Shown: positions 40,606 through 52,249 of the stretch, one piece after another
Layout: each line of letters starts with the position of its first letter
Position numbering within the stretch: position 1 is the first letter of the stretch
Assembly (NCBI GenBank): GCA_963749915.1
Contig: CAVVOP010000008.1
Location: 768,001 to 832,000 of the forward strand
DNA length: 64,000 nucleotides
Source: an uncultured cyanobacterium
Lineage (GTDB): Bacteria; Cyanobacteriota; Cyanobacteriia; Cyanobacteriales; Cyanobacteriaceae
Direction: 5' to 3'
Notes under the pieces: model-generated
The model's database searches: none
The model's input: only the letters and a program-made list of their open reading frames with translations
Told to the model about the DNA's origin: nothing
Translations under genes and position numbers: made by a program

Positions 40606-43600
40606 TTAACCTACTTTAAACCGGGAAATGTTTGACTCTAGTTTTCGGGCTACTTCTTGTAATTCTACAAAAGAATCCGATAATTGAGTTACAGAAATGG
40701 TGGTTTTTTCTGCGACTCTGGCTACACTACTCATTTTCAATGTGACCCCCTCGGAATTCTTTGACTGTTCAAAAGCAGCGGCGGCGATGGCCTCTACTAA
40801 TTCGTTAATTTGGGTGGTAGCGGCGGCAATCTGGTTTAAACTTTGGCGGGTTTCTTCTACCTGTTTACTCCCTTCGACTACCTGTTCACTACCTTCCTCC
40901 ATTGCCGTAACCACAACTTTAGTTTTACTGAGAATCTCATTAACCAGTTTATCAATGTCCGCAGTTGCTTGGGCTGATTGGGTCGCTAAAGCCCTTACTT
41001 CTTCAGCAATTACGGCGAAACCCAGTCCTTGTTCCCCCGCCCGTGCCGCTTCAATGGAAGCTTTTAATGCCAATAGGTGAGTTTGGGCAGCAAATCGTCC
41101 AATAAGTCCGACTACTGTTGAAATATTTTGAGTAGTATCTCCTAATTTTTTCACCTGTTCGGCGGCTTGTTCTACAGTAGAGCGAATTTCAATAATAGAT
41201 CTCACCGTACGATTCATCGCGGAGTCGCCTATTTCCACACTTTCTCGTGCTTGTTGTAGGGCTTCTTCTGCTTGTTCAGCACTTTCAGCCACTAAGTTAC
41301 TAGAACGACTCATTTGATTGATAGTTTCTAAGGCTTCGGAGATGTTTTCCACCTGTTCTTCCATCTCCTGACGCAGGATTCTGACATCATTTTCGTTAGT
41401 GGTGGTAGTTTGAGCTACTTCCAAAGTCGCCTTTTGTACCTGAGAGACAATTTTTCTTAAACTTTCAATGGTGGCATTATAAGAGTCAGCGATGGTCCCA
41501 ATTTCATCTTCCGTTACCGAGGCACGAATGGTTAAGTCACCCTGAGAAACGGGATCAACTTCCATCAGTAAGTTTAAGGCCCGTCTTTGTAATAATTCTT
41601 TACCTTCTCTTTGTTCTTTTTCGGAATTCAACTGTAATTCAATAAGTTTTACCCGTTCCAAACTTAAACCTACCTGGGTGGATAATTGGCCGAATAACTC
41701 TATTTCCCGGTCCTCCCAGTCACGCACATCGGAACATTGATGACAGATCAACAAACCGATTAATTTACGGTTGACCAGAATGGGTGCAACCAAATTTGCT
41801 CTGACGGCAAAAGGTTCTAATTGTCTGAGGTGACAATCTGTTAAACCTGCTTGGTAAACATCGGCGGTGGCTTGAACTCTACCCTGTTGATATTTTTCCA
41901 CATATTCATCAGCAAAACAAGGATCAGCAATGGTGGCGCCTAATGCAGTTGGAAAATTTAAACCCACAGATTCAGCGGTAATCGTACCTTGCCAATTTTC
42001 GTCAAATTCATAGATGATGGTACGATCAGTCTTTAAAGCCGAACGAATTTGACTGACCGCGGTATCTAATACTTGATTCCGGTTTAAACTCGAGGCTAAA
42101 GCAAGGGTGATTTCTTTGAGTTGTTCCGCCCTGTTGATGGCGGCCATTTGATTCTTAAGGATATTCACCCTGTCTAAAATAACCCCAAATCGTAGGGAAA
42201 TTTGGCCCAAAAAGGAGATTTCTCTTTCTTCCCATAGATGATGTTGTCGGCAATGGTGGGCGATCAATAATGCAAATAATTGTCCTTGACTAACAATAGG
42301 TACAACTAGATTAGACTTGATTTTTAAACGGTGCATTAAGGCTTCGTGTTCAGGGGCAAATCCTGCGGTATAGACATTTTCTGTGGGTACAACTCTACCG
42401 TTAATATAAGCCTGTCTTAATTCAAAAGGGATACAAGGATCATTAATATTTTCAGTAAGGGCACTAGGTAAATCTAAATCTCCTGCTTCGTTACTTATGT
42501 AACCACTAGCATCGGGTTTGAAACGATAGATAACGAGACGATCGACTTCCAAAATTTCTTTAGCTTTAGGTAAAGCTCGATCGAATACTTTATTCACGTC
42601 ATCTTCGTTAAGGGTAGTCGAACTAGTAATTTCTTGGAAAAGACTAAGTTTATTAGAGTCTAACATCAAAATAGATTCGTTTTGTTCAATGTTATCTGCT
42701 AAGTAGTTGAAAGTGTTGGCCAGTTTTCCGATTTCATCTTTGCCAATAATATCTGCCCGAAGACGATGATTGCCTTCGGCAAATTTTTCCGCCGTTACCT
42801 GTAAAGACTCAATGGGTTTTGCGATCGCCCGTCCTAAAATCACAATCAACAAGACGTTAAAAATTAACACCCCTACGGCAATTTGTCCTTGTGCGCCCAA
42901 ACTACTAGAAATAATTTGGTTAAGGATAGTTTCTCCTGTGCCCCTTACTAATACTCCTACGGGCTGCCCGTTAAAGTTTTTCAGGATTCCAGCTGTAAAA
43001 GTATAAGTTGTTTCCCCTACCTGATCTCGAAGGGAAACAATATCATCGAGATTTTTTAAGGCCAGGGTGAGCAATTTTTCAGTGGCAATGGTTTGTCCTT
43101 TAGCGGTTTCGTTTTCCGTTAAAGAACTAGCCACATCAAATTTTTGGTCTTCAGTAATTTTATAAATACCACTATATCCTCCACTAAACTCTCTAATAGT
43201 GTCTTCCACAATAGAAAATTTACCGTCAACCACATCTCCTGAGACTAATACTCCAATTACTTGGGTTGTCCCCGGACGAAATACAGGGGTAAAAGTATAA
43301 CGGACTAATAAATCTTGATTTTGCGGCAAACTGGCTAATACTGGTGGCGATTCCTTCACTAAATCTTGCCAAGGAAGGATTTCGGTGGTTTTTATTTGTT
43401 GGGGATTATTAATAACTTTTTGGACTAAACCGTTGGGGTTAAAAACTTGTCCGGTGCGATCGCTATTAGCATTAACAATGATTTTTTGATCTCTACCGAC
43501 TAAAGTGGCGTATTCAATATTTCTCGCTTTAATTTCATTTTGGAGAATTCGTCTAAGGATTCCCCGTTGTTGTGGAGTTAAAGCACCGCCATTAACCTTA

Positions 43601-43974
43601 GTCAAAGCAGCGTTAATAATGGCAATATTATCAGATTGTCCACGAAAACCGAACCCCATCTGATTAACTTTAATACTGTAGTTAATTTTGGTAGCTTCTA
43701 ATTCCGATTTTGATTGGTTGACTAGCTGTGCTCTACCCCCTTCAATCACCTGTACTACTCCCACCCCTAATAATGCCACGATGGAGACAGTTTGGGCGGT
43801 CAATAATACGATAAGTTGTTTTTTACGAATAGAGAGATTATAAAACCATGCAACAATGGGAGAACGTTGTTTGGGCGATGGGGAAATAATACCCCGATCC
43901 TCCATGGGCTGTGATGACTCAGAAGTGGTTTTGTCGTCAATATTTAGTTTTGGTCTTTCTGGTGCTTGTGTCAT
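40606..43974 (-). CDS. Methyl-accepting chemotaxis photoreceptor (TM-periplasmic-HAMP-2 GAF-MA), PixJ-like
   Basis: HAMP (DEIGKLANTFN), GAF1 DPCIP...PEH, GAF2 DPCF...CH, MA domain ALKASIEAARAGEQGLGFAVIAEEVR. Confidence 0.9.
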   Translation of the reverse strand: MTQAPERPKLNIDDKTTSESSQPMEDRGIISPSPKQRSPIVAWFYNLSIRKKQLIVLLTAQTVSIVALLGVGVVQVIEGGRAQLVNQSKSELEATKINYSIKVNQMGFGFRGQSDNIAIINAALTKVNGGALTPQQRGILRRILQNEIKARNIEYATLVGRDQKIIVNANSDRTGQVFNPNGLVQKVINNPQQIKTTEILPWQDLVKESPPVLASLPQNQDLLVRYTFTPVFRPGTTQVIGVLVSGDVVDGKFSIVEDTIREFSGGYSGIYKITEDQKFDVASSLTENETAKGQTIATEKLLTLALKNLDDIVSLRDQVGETTYTFTAGILKNFNGQPVGVLVRGTGETILNQIISSSLGAQGQIAVGVLIFNVLLIVILGRAIAKPIESLQVTAEKFAEGNHRLRADIIGKDEIGKLANTFNYLADNIEQNESILMLDSNKLSLFQEITSSTTLNEDDVNKVFDRALPKAKEILEVDRLVIYRFKPDASGYISNEAGDLDLPSALTENINDPCIPFELRQAYINGRVVPTENVYTAGFAPEHEALMHRLKIKSNLVVPIVSQGQLFALLIAHHCRQHHLWEEREISFLGQISLRFGVILDRVNILKNQMAAINRAEQLKEITLALASSLNRNQVLDTAVSQIRSALKTDRTIIYEFDENWQGTITAESVGLNFPTALGATIADPCFADEYVEKYQQGRVQATADVYQAGLTDCHLRQLEPFAVRANLVAPILVNRKLIGLLICHQCSDVRDWEDREIELFGQLSTQVGLSLERVKLIELQLNSEKEQREGKELLQRRALNLLMEVDPVSQGDLTIRASVTEDEIGTIADSYNATIESLRKIVSQVQKATLEVAQTTTTNENDVRILRQEMEEQVENISEALETINQMSRSSNLVAESAEQAEEALQQARESVEIGDSAMNRTVRSIIEIRSTVEQAAEQVKKLGDTTQNISTVVGLIGRFAAQTHLLALKASIEAARAGEQGLGFAVIAEEVRALATQSAQATADIDKLVNEILSKTKVVVTAMEEGSEQVVEGSKQVEETRQSLNQIAAATTQINELVEAIAAAAFEQSKNSEGVTLKMSSVARVAEKTTISVTQLSDSFVELQEVARKLESNISRFKVG

Positions 43975-44080
43975 GGTTCCTTAGTTAACAATTGATAGTT
44001 GAGGGACGGGCAAATTTTAAACAATTAAGGTCAAAAATGGTGGGTTGTTTTCGCATAATTTCCCCATTATGGTCCATGGC

Positions 44081-47000
44081 TTATTTGACTTTGAATTGAC
44101 TGACACTTCGTTCTAGGTTTTCAGCTACCCCTAACAGTTTTTTGAAACTTTGAGATACTTTTGTTACCGCCGTGGAGGTATCGTTAGAAATTCCCGCTAC
44201 ATCTGCCATAGTTTTCGTAATATCTTCGGAGGTTCGGGACTGCTCTGCGGCGGCGGTGGCGATCGCTGTTACTAACTGGTTAATTTGGGCTGAGGCATTA
44301 GTAATGTCAGTCAAGGAGGATCGGGTTTCTTCCACCAGTCTTGTACCCTTTACTACTTGTTGTGTACCAGATTCCATCGCCTTGACTACTTCGTTGGTTT
44401 CTTCCTGAATTTCAGCAACCACCTTCTCGATTTCCGCAGTGGCAGAGGCGGATTGACGGGCAAGAGATCGAACCTCTTCCGCTACCACCGCAAAACCTCG
44501 TCCTTCTTCCCCCGCGTGGGCTGCCTCAATAGAAGCATTTAAGGCTAAGAGGTTAGTTTGATCCGCAAAACTACTGATGAGGTTAACTACTTTAGAAATT
44601 TTCTGGGTGGATTCCCCTAGACGTTTAACTTTTTTTGCCGTTTCCGCTACGGTTTCACGAATGGCAAGAATACCATCTACTGTGCGGTTCATGGCGACGT
44701 CCCCTTCCTCCACACTGCGGTTAGCCTGTTTAACCGCTGTTTCCGCTTGTTCGGCGTTATCGAGTACCAGACGAGCGGAAAAGGCCAAGGTTTGGATTTT
44801 TTCAAGGGCGATATTAATGTCATCCCCTTGGCGGATAATCTCTGTTGCTAAATTTTCCACAAATTCTTCTTGTTCGACAATAACCTCACTTACCGCTTTT
44901 GTACCCCCTTGTACTTGGGTTACAATTCTTCTTAAACTCTCGATGGTGGCATTATAAGAGTCAGCGATGGTCCCAATTTCATCTTCCGTCACACTAGCAC
45001 GAATGGTTAAGTCACCCTGAGAAACAGGATCAACTTGCATGAGTAATTCTAACGCTCGTCGTTGGATGGTTTCCCTTGCTTTTATTTGTTCTAACTCCGA
45101 TTGTTTTTGTTTGGCTAACAATTGTATTCGTTCTAAAGCAGGACCAATTTGAGTAGCAAGTTGAGATAAGAAAGTACATTCTGAATCTGTCCATTGACGG
45201 GGGGCATCACATTGATGAGCGATTAATAATCCTAGTAAACTACCTTCGACAACAATGGGAGTAACTAAGTTAGCTTTAACTTCAAAAGGTTCTAATTGTT
45301 GGATGTGACAGTTGGTTAATCCCGCGGTGTAGATGTTATTGGTAGCTTGCACTCGCCCTTGTTTATATTTATCTATATATTTTTCGGCAAAACAAGGATC
45401 TTTGATATTTGCCCCTAATGCCCTGGGATATTTAGGATCTACCGATTCAACAATAATTGTCCCTTGCCAATCCTGATCAAAGGTATAAACGATTACTCGA
45501 TCTGTTCTCAACGCTTCTCTACCCATGTTAGTAGCTACTTCAAACACCTTATCTTTGTTTAAAGATTCAGCAATTTTGAAACTAATATCCTTTAATTTAC
45601 CAGACAAGAAAGTGTCTAACTGCTGAGATTGTAACAACATTGCCCGTTCTAAAGCGGGTCCCATTTGGGTGGCAGTTTGTGTGAAAAAATCTATTTCACT
45701 ACTTTCCCAGTTGCGGGTAGATGAACATTGATGGGCGATTAATAACCCTAATAATTTTCCATCTGCGATAACGGGGGCAACTAAGTTAGCTTTGACGGCA
45801 AAAGGTTCTAATTGTTTGAGGTGACATTCGGTTAATCCTGCTTTGTAAATATCGGAGGTGGCTTGTACCCGTCCTTGAATATATTTATCTACATATTTAT
45901 CGGCAAAACAAGGATCAAGAATTTGCGCTCCTAAGGCTTTAGGATAATTTATGTCAACGGATTCAGCGATAACTGTCCCTTTCCACCTTTCATCAAAACT
46001 ATAGACAATTACTCGATCAGATTGCAACGCCTGTCGAATTTCCTTCACGGCAATTTCAAAAACCTCTTTAACATTGAATGCCTTAGTCATTTCTAGGGTA
46101 ATATTTTTCAATAAACCAGACTGGTTAGCGAATATTTGTTGTTCTTGTAGAAGGTTTCTCAATTGTTTTGTCATTTGGTTGATGTTTTTACCCAAAGTCG
46201 CAATTTCATCGTTACCTTGAACATCTACCTCTATGTCTAAGTCCCCTGCACTAATTTTTTTAATAGTATCAGTGGTTTTTTCCAGGGGGGTAATAAGACG
46301 TTGTGCTAAAATATAGGCGATATAACCCACCAAAGCAGATGATAAAGCTACCCCTAAGAAAATAAAGTTTAAAATTCTGTTAATGGGGGCTAAAACAACA
46401 TTAGTATCCCCTGCAACAATCGTCGTCCAATTCAAACCTAACTTATCTTGTACCGGATTAAATTTTTGGAAAGTAATGATTTGTTTGGTATTTGTTAACT
46501 GATTTTTGTCGGTAATACTTGATATTCCTGAATCATCTTCTACCCACTTTAGTTTTGGAAAAACTTGGTCTATGTTAATGGGTTTCAATTCTTGATCTTT
46601 AATGACTCTCCCCGCTGAGTTTTTGTTATTCGTTAAAAATTCATCTAGGGTGGATAAAAATAATTCGTTATTTGCATTAGCTAAATAAATAATTTCTCCT
46701 TTTTTTGCTTCACTTTTAGTAAGAATTTTTTGTATTGTTTTAACGGGTAGCCGACTACGGATAAAGCCCTCATTTTGCCCTGTAACGGGATTTTTTAACA
46801 CCGAAGCAAAGTAAATATTAAAAGTGCCATCAGTACCTGAAATTAATGGTTGACTAATAACCGCACCATTTCTCGCTTTGGCTTCCTGTATATAACTTCG
46901 GTTAAGATGATTTTCTAATGGTTTTCCTTCAGTTTGGGCTATAGGATTACCTTGATTATCAAAAATAGCGATACTATTATAATAACCATAAAGTTTTTGA

Positions 47001-47476
47001 ATTTCATTCAAACTCTTTGATAGTTCAGCCTTGTTTTTGGTTCGAAAAGCAGAAGTTTCGCTGAATTTTTTAGCAAAAGTTTGTATGTCTAAAAAGCGAT
47101 CATTAATCAGTAAATTAATTTCCCTAGATACCAATTCTAATTCTTGTTTTTCTTGATTTTCGATTTCCATCCGGAATGAAGAATTAACCAACCCTGAAAT
47201 TATGGTACCGACAAATAAAACGGGCAAAACCCCTAAAGTAATGGCTACAGCAGTACTTTTAAACTTAAGATTTTGGTTCTGCCACCAAGTAACAATCTCT
47301 GGATCCTTTTTCTTTTGCCTAATTGGTTGATTTGTTTTATTTTTACTTACTGATGATGAAATAATGGTAGGTGTAGTTTGACCGTTGCTCGATGATTGAT
47401 TAATAGGAGAAGAAACGTTATTTTTGGTTTCAACTTTTTTTTCTTGATCGGGTTGTTGTGGAGAAGTTTGGGTCAT
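44081..47476 (-). CDS. Methyl-accepting chemotaxis photoreceptor (TM-Cache-HAMP-2 DXCF GAF-MA), PixJ-like
   Basis: Cache-like periplasmic domain, HAMP, two GAFs each with DPCF and [30 protein letters not shown]. Confidence 0.92.
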   Translation of the reverse strand: MTQTSPQQPDQEKKVETKNNVSSPINQSSSNGQTTPTIISSSVSKNKTNQPIRQKKKDPEIVTWWQNQNLKFKSTAVAITLGVLPVLFVGTIISGLVNSSFRMEIENQEKQELELVSREINLLINDRFLDIQTFAKKFSETSAFRTKNKAELSKSLNEIQKLYGYYNSIAIFDNQGNPIAQTEGKPLENHLNRSYIQEAKARNGAVISQPLISGTDGTFNIYFASVLKNPVTGQNEGFIRSRLPVKTIQKILTKSEAKKGEIIYLANANNELFLSTLDEFLTNNKNSAGRVIKDQELKPINIDQVFPKLKWVEDDSGISSITDKNQLTNTKQIITFQKFNPVQDKLGLNWTTIVAGDTNVVLAPINRILNFIFLGVALSSALVGYIAYILAQRLITPLEKTTDTIKKISAGDLDIEVDVQGNDEIATLGKNINQMTKQLRNLLQEQQIFANQSGLLKNITLEMTKAFNVKEVFEIAVKEIRQALQSDRVIVYSFDERWKGTVIAESVDINYPKALGAQILDPCFADKYVDKYIQGRVQATSDIYKAGLTECHLKQLEPFAVKANLVAPVIADGKLLGLLIAHQCSSTRNWESSEIDFFTQTATQMGPALERAMLLQSQQLDTFLSGKLKDISFKIAESLNKDKVFEVATNMGREALRTDRVIVYTFDQDWQGTIIVESVDPKYPRALGANIKDPCFAEKYIDKYKQGRVQATNNIYTAGLTNCHIQQLEPFEVKANLVTPIVVEGSLLGLLIAHQCDAPRQWTDSECTFLSQLATQIGPALERIQLLAKQKQSELEQIKARETIQRRALELLMQVDPVSQGDLTIRASVTEDEIGTIADSYNATIESLRRIVTQVQGGTKAVSEVIVEQEEFVENLATEIIRQGDDINIALEKIQTLAFSARLVLDNAEQAETAVKQANRSVEEGDVAMNRTVDGILAIRETVAETAKKVKRLGESTQKISKVVNLISSFADQTNLLALNASIEAAHAGEEGRGFAVVAEEVRSLARQSASATAEIEKVVAEIQEETNEVVKAMESGTQQVVKGTRLVEETRSSLTDITNASAQINQLVTAIATAAAEQSRTSEDITKTMADVAGISNDTSTAVTKVSQSFKKLLGVAENLERSVSQFKVK

Positions 47477-47632
47477 TGAATCTTTCCTCTAATGATTTAC
47501 GCTGAAATTAAACTTAAGTATTTTTACGTACCATTATTACGTACTATTAAGAGTTATTAGTTATTTAATATATTCTCTTAATTTTAACTCAATTCAAAGG
47601 AATTAAATCTTTTAAATTTTTCCTAACCCACC

Positions 47633-48754
47633 CTAAAGATTCTCAAATTGTCTCATGAACGTCTTGTCTAAATATTTTTTCCAATACCATAACATAGGCG
47701 ATTCCCAACCGAGAGAACCCCACATGGCTACAGCACTTTGATTACCTATACCGATTATATTTAGATAACATTTTTGGGGATGATAGGATTTTAAGGGTTT
47801 TTTATTTAGAAAACGGCAAATATTTTCATATAATGGTTTTCCTTGTTTGACGGCGAAAACTCCAGCTTTGGGATAAGGATTATTAACCATAGTTGCAATA
47901 TCTCCCGTAGCAAAAATAAAGTCGTAATTCACACTTTGTAGAGTATTTTTAATAAGAATAAAACCTTCCTTATCAGTGGAAATTGAGCTATTTTTTAACC
48001 ATAAAGGTGCGGTGCCTTGGGTCACTAAAAAATGATAATCTGCACTAATTTTTAGCCCTGATTCGGTGATAATATTGTCTTGATGAACAGCCTTAACGGT
48101 GGTATTTAGATAAAGATTAATGTTTTTACTTTTGAGGATTTCTGCTAATTTATGACTAACCCATTCATTCTGATTTGATAATAATTTTTCTCTTTTATGA
48201 ATTAAGTTAATGGCTAATTTATTTAGAGGTAAAATACCGATTAATTTTTGATAAGTATTAAGAGTTAATTCAACACCTCCTGCACCACCACCAATAATAT
48301 TTAAAGTTAATAATTTATTTTGATTTTGTTTTGCTTTATCAATAATTTCTTGCCATCTTTCTAAGAATAAATTAACTGGTTTTGCAGGAATACTATATAA
48401 ATTTGCACCCTCAATTTCACTATTTTTGGGCGTACTGCCAATGTCGATACTAACTATGTCAAAATCTACTTGATTGCCTGATTGACAAACAATTTTTTTT
48501 CTCTTTGCATCTATATCGATCACCTGATCAATAATTAATTTTATCTTGGCAAATTTGGCTAGTTTTTCAAGATTAATATGAGTTTCTTCATAGTTATAAT
48601 AACCCCCTAAATATCCAGGCAACATTCCCGAATAAGGAGTATTTTTAACATTACTAATTAAGGTTACTTTTATTCCTAATACTGGTTTTTTGCCCCATAA
48701 CTTCAAGGCGATCCCATGGCTATGACCACCGCCGATAAAGACTAAATTAAACAT
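47633..48754 (-). CDS. FAD-dependent oxidoreductase (NADH dehydrogenase-like domain often fused to SelD)
   Basis: LVFIGGGHSH, PYSGMLPG, SIDIGSTP, IGGGAGGVE, FATGD, PKAGVFAVKQG; ATG at 48754 preferred. Confidence 0.85.
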   Translation of the reverse strand: MFNLVFIGGGHSHGIALKLWGKKPVLGIKVTLISNVKNTPYSGMLPGYLGGYYNYEETHINLEKLAKFAKIKLIIDQVIDIDAKRKKIVCQSGNQVDFDIVSIDIGSTPKNSEIEGANLYSIPAKPVNLFLERWQEIIDKAKQNQNKLLTLNIIGGGAGGVELTLNTYQKLIGILPLNKLAINLIHKREKLLSNQNEWVSHKLAEILKSKNINLYLNTTVKAVHQDNIITESGLKISADYHFLVTQGTAPLWLKNSSISTDKEGFILIKNTLQSVNYDFIFATGDIATMVNNPYPKAGVFAVKQGKPLYENICRFLNKKPLKSYHPQKCYLNIIGIGNQSAVAMWGSLGWESPMLWYWKKYLDKTFMRQFENL

Positions 48755-48898
48755 AAAAAAAATAGCCAAGGATTAAATTGTTTATTCCAGGATTCCTTGA
48801 TCAACGGGAAAAAGTCTGCTTGCAGAAGTCAGGGAATGAGGAATAGTTTGATGGTGAAGAAACCTTAGTTATTAATTGTTAATTGTCATTGTTAATTG

Positions 48899-49645
48899 TT
48901 AAACGGCTACATTAACAGAAGCGCAATTCAAGGCTTCCACCAAACTGCGTACTACTGCAATCATCGCTATTTGATCATTTAATTTATTTACAGCAGAACC
49001 AACCCCTACTCCATCAGCACCTGCAGCGATCGCCATGGAGACAGTAACATTAGATAAGCCAGAAGCACACATAACAGGTACTTCAACTGCACGGGAAATG
49101 GCATGGGCGGCGGCGAGGGTCGGAGATGCTTTTTCAATTAAACCTAAAATACCGCTATGATTGGGGTTAGAACTTGTGCCGCCTTCGGTTTGAATCATAT
49201 CGGCACCGGCAGAAACCAGGGCTTGAGCTAATTCTACTTGTTCGTCAAGGGCTAAAATATGAGGTACAGTGACACAAAGAGTCACATTAGGTAATAAAGC
49301 ACGGGTTTCCCTGGTTAGGCGTAAGACATCCTCCGCGGAAAAAGTGATACCTTGAGTGTAAAAACTATCAAAGTTACCAATTTCAACTAAATCTGCACCA
49401 GCTTCTACCGCAGACACCAACAATTCAGGGTTGATGGCGGATACACAGATGGGAAGATTAACTAATTGACCCACGGTTTTAATTAAATTGACATCGGCGG
49501 CAATATCCACAAAAGTTGCACCACCTAATTCAGCTGCCTTACATACTGCTACGACATTATCCCCATCGAAATTATTTAAACCGCTAATAACTTTGAGGGC
49601 TTTTTTTGTAGCGAATGCTTGGGCTAATTTAGAGTTGTTAATCAT
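48899..49645 (-). CDS. ycf23: Ycf23/DUF561 family TIM-barrel protein
   Basis: LKVISGLNNFD, GGATFVDIA, EIGNFDSFY, IQTEGGTS. Confidence 0.9.
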   Translation of the reverse strand: MINNSKLAQAFATKKALKVISGLNNFDGDNVVAVCKAAELGGATFVDIAADVNLIKTVGQLVNLPICVSAINPELLVSAVEAGADLVEIGNFDSFYTQGITFSAEDVLRLTRETRALLPNVTLCVTVPHILALDEQVELAQALVSAGADMIQTEGGTSSNPNHSGILGLIEKASPTLAAAHAISRAVEVPVMCASGLSNVTVSMAIAAGADGVGVGSAVNKLNDQIAMIAVVRSLVEALNCASVNVAV

Positions 49646-49786
49646 AGTTAAACTTAAAATTTGTGACGTTTTAACTTCTGATCATAACAAAATATAGCCC
49701 CTAAATAGCCAAGTTTGGGGACTTTTTTATATTTTTTCATTCAATCTCAAATTTTGGATTAATTCCCCCCCCATTAGAGACAAAAT

Positions 49787-50983
49787 TTAGCAACTTTTAG
49801 ATGTAAAAATTTTCTCGATAACATCTTCCACCACTTTATCAGGAGTTGATGCACCAGAGGTTATACCTACGGTAATTTTTCCTTGGGGAAGCCAATTTTC
49901 CTTAATTTCTAAGTCAGTTTCTAGGGGTTTATGTTCAATTTTGTTATCTAAATAAATTCTTTGTGCACTGTCAATATGATAAGAAGGAATATTATATTCT
50001 ACAGAAATTTCTTGTAAATGAGTTGTGTTAGAAGAGTTAAAGCCACCGATGACGACAATTAAATCCAGTTTTTCTTTGACTAAATCTAACATGGCATCTT
50101 GTCTTTCTTGGGTTGCGTCACAGATAGTATTAAAACTCATAAAATGTTCGTTTAACTCTGTGGGAGGATATTTTTTAAGCATAGTTTGTTCAAATAATTT
50201 CCCAATGGCTTCCGTTTCACTTTTTAACATGGTGGTTTGATTCGCTATGCCTACTCTTTCTAAGTCGGTATTGGGATTAAATCCTTGGGAATAGGCATTT
50301 TTAAATTTTGTCAGAAATTCTGTGGGGTCGCCGCCATTGAGAATATAATTAGCGACATATTGTGCTTCAGTCAAGTTCAAAACCACTAAATAAGTATCGG
50401 CAAAAGAACTTGTAGCAATGGTTTCTTCATGTTTATACTTACCGTGAATAATGGAGGTATAACTGCGTTTTTTGTGCTTTTCAACGGAATTCCAGACTTT
50501 AGATACCCAAGGACAAGTTGTGTCAACAATGGTACAACCCTTTTCATCGAGTAACTGCATTTCACTGACGCTAGCACCAAAAGCAGGTAAAATGACAACT
50601 TCATTACTATTAACCACAGAAAAATCTTTTAACTCCCCATTTACGGGTATAAAATCGACATTCATCTCCTTCAGCCTTTGATTTACTGAGGGATTATGGA
50701 TAATTTCGTTAGTGATCCAGATTTTTTGCGTGGGGAAATGAGTGCGTGTTTCATAGGCCATCGCTACGGCCCTTTCTACACCCCAACAAAAACCGAAGGC
50801 TTCAGCAAGACGAATAGTAACATCACCTTTGGTAATTTGATAGTTGTTTTGGCGGATAGTTTGAATTAAACTGCTTTGATATTCTTGGTTTAAGGTTGCC
50901 GTTACTTCTTCTTGATGTCCAAATCCTTTGCGATGGTAGTTGTCTGACTGTTGCAAATTGCGTTTAAAGGTCTTAGTATCCAT
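49787..50983 (-). CDS. ispH: 4-hydroxy-3-methylbut-2-enyl diphosphate reductase
   Basis: [43 protein letters not shown]. Confidence 0.97.
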   Translation of the reverse strand: MDTKTFKRNLQQSDNYHRKGFGHQEEVTATLNQEYQSSLIQTIRQNNYQITKGDVTIRLAEAFGFCWGVERAVAMAYETRTHFPTQKIWITNEIIHNPSVNQRLKEMNVDFIPVNGELKDFSVVNSNEVVILPAFGASVSEMQLLDEKGCTIVDTTCPWVSKVWNSVEKHKKRSYTSIIHGKYKHEETIATSSFADTYLVVLNLTEAQYVANYILNGGDPTEFLTKFKNAYSQGFNPNTDLERVGIANQTTMLKSETEAIGKLFEQTMLKKYPPTELNEHFMSFNTICDATQERQDAMLDLVKEKLDLIVVIGGFNSSNTTHLQEISVEYNIPSYHIDSAQRIYLDNKIEHKPLETDLEIKENWLPQGKITVGITSGASTPDKVVEDVIEKIFTSKSC

Positions 50984-51099
50984 GAGTATCTAAAAAGTTG
51001 ATCATTATTTACAATATCTTAACTGAGTTCGGAGTTCAGAGTGGACAACTGATTTCGGAATGGGGAATTGAGTTCAGAGTGGGAAACTGAGGCGGGCAT

Positions 51100-51212
51100 G
51101 AATACTGCGAGGGTTTTGGAAAATATAATTGTCGGCGGTGGTAAGGCAGGAGGCAGAAGGTAATAAATTCTAAATTCTAAATTCTAAATTCTAAATTACC
51201 CTCACAGTAATG
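51100..51212. mobile_element. Degenerate MITE carrying TAAATTC heptamer repeats
   Basis: Ends GAATACTGCGAGGGT and ACCCTCACAGTAATG are imperfect inverted repeats. 51101-51119 is the exact reverse complement of 14002-14020. (TAAATTC)4 plus TAAATTA at 51164-51198. An extra end-like CCGAGCAGTATTG lies at 51227-51239. Confidence 0.65.
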
Positions 51213-51249
51213 TTTTCGGCACGCTTCCGAGCAGTATTGAGGTGAGGAT

Positions 51250-52152
51250 TCATTGTCCATCAACTATTCCTGCATGGTAAGAACTGCGTACTAAAGGACC
51301 ACTACGCACATGGCTGAATCCCAGTGAATAGGCCGTTTTTCCTAACTCGTCAAATTCTGCGGGAGTCCAATATTTTTCCACGGGTAAGTGTGCCAATGAT
51401 GGTCGTAAATATTGACCTAAAGTAAGGCGATCGCAATTAACGCGTCTTAAATCTTCAAGGGTGTTGATAATTTCCCCTTTGGTTTCCCCCAACCCCAACA
51501 TTAAACCTGATTTCGTTGGTATAGAAAGATCTAATTCTTTTACCGTGGCTAAAACTCGCAATGAACGATCATATTTTGCCCCTCTTCTTACAGGATCTTG
51601 TAATCTGGCTACGGTTTCTAAATTGTGATTATAACAAGCAGGTTTCGCCGACACAATGATTTTAATCCTCTCCCTTTGTTGATTGATGGCATCTTTTCCC
51701 GTACCAAAATCAGGGGTTAATACCTCTATTTTCGTGTCAGGATTCATTTCGCGAATGGCATCCATTACCCTCACAAACCAACTCGCACCACCGTCTTTTA
51801 AGTCATCCCTTGCCACGGAGGTTAAAACTACATACTTTAATTCTAATAAATTAACTGCTTCTGCTACTTTCCTCGGTTCGTCTTCATCGAGAGGCATCGG
51901 CGAATGTCCTTTATCTACTTGACAAAATGCACAACTGCGGGTGCAGGTAGGACCCATTAATAAAAAAGTAGCGGTACCTTGGCTATAGCATTCTCCTCGA
52001 TGGGGACAACGTCCTTCCTCGCAAATAGTGTGAATTTGACGCTGTTTAACAATTTTTTGCACTTGGGAAATTTCTGAGGCCTTACCAATGGGCGATCGTA
52101 ACCACACAGGAAGATTGACTGAGGAAAATTCAGCGGAAGTCGTTTGAGTCAT
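51250..52152 (-). CDS. lipA: Lipoyl synthase
   Basis: [20 protein letters not shown] radical SAM motif, [10 protein letters not shown]. Confidence 0.97.
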   Translation of the reverse strand: MTQTTSAEFSSVNLPVWLRSPIGKASEISQVQKIVKQRQIHTICEEGRCPHRGECYSQGTATFLLMGPTCTRSCAFCQVDKGHSPMPLDEDEPRKVAEAVNLLELKYVVLTSVARDDLKDGGASWFVRVMDAIREMNPDTKIEVLTPDFGTGKDAINQQRERIKIIVSAKPACYNHNLETVARLQDPVRRGAKYDRSLRVLATVKELDLSIPTKSGLMLGLGETKGEIINTLEDLRRVNCDRLTLGQYLRPSLAHLPVEKYWTPAEFDELGKTAYSLGFSHVRSGPLVRSSYHAGIVDGQ

Positions 52153-52249
52153 GGTAAAGAGGATAAAACATCAGAAAATAAATATTTTTGATCATATTTT
52201 AATATACTTAATAAGATTAAGGTTTTTATTTTTTGCAAGGAGTTTGATT

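Noticed and set aside
52151..52249. N-terminal extension of the response regulator
   Set aside because: It overlaps the lipA start and divergent promoter region; ATG at 52250 has a good RBS and begins the REC domain.
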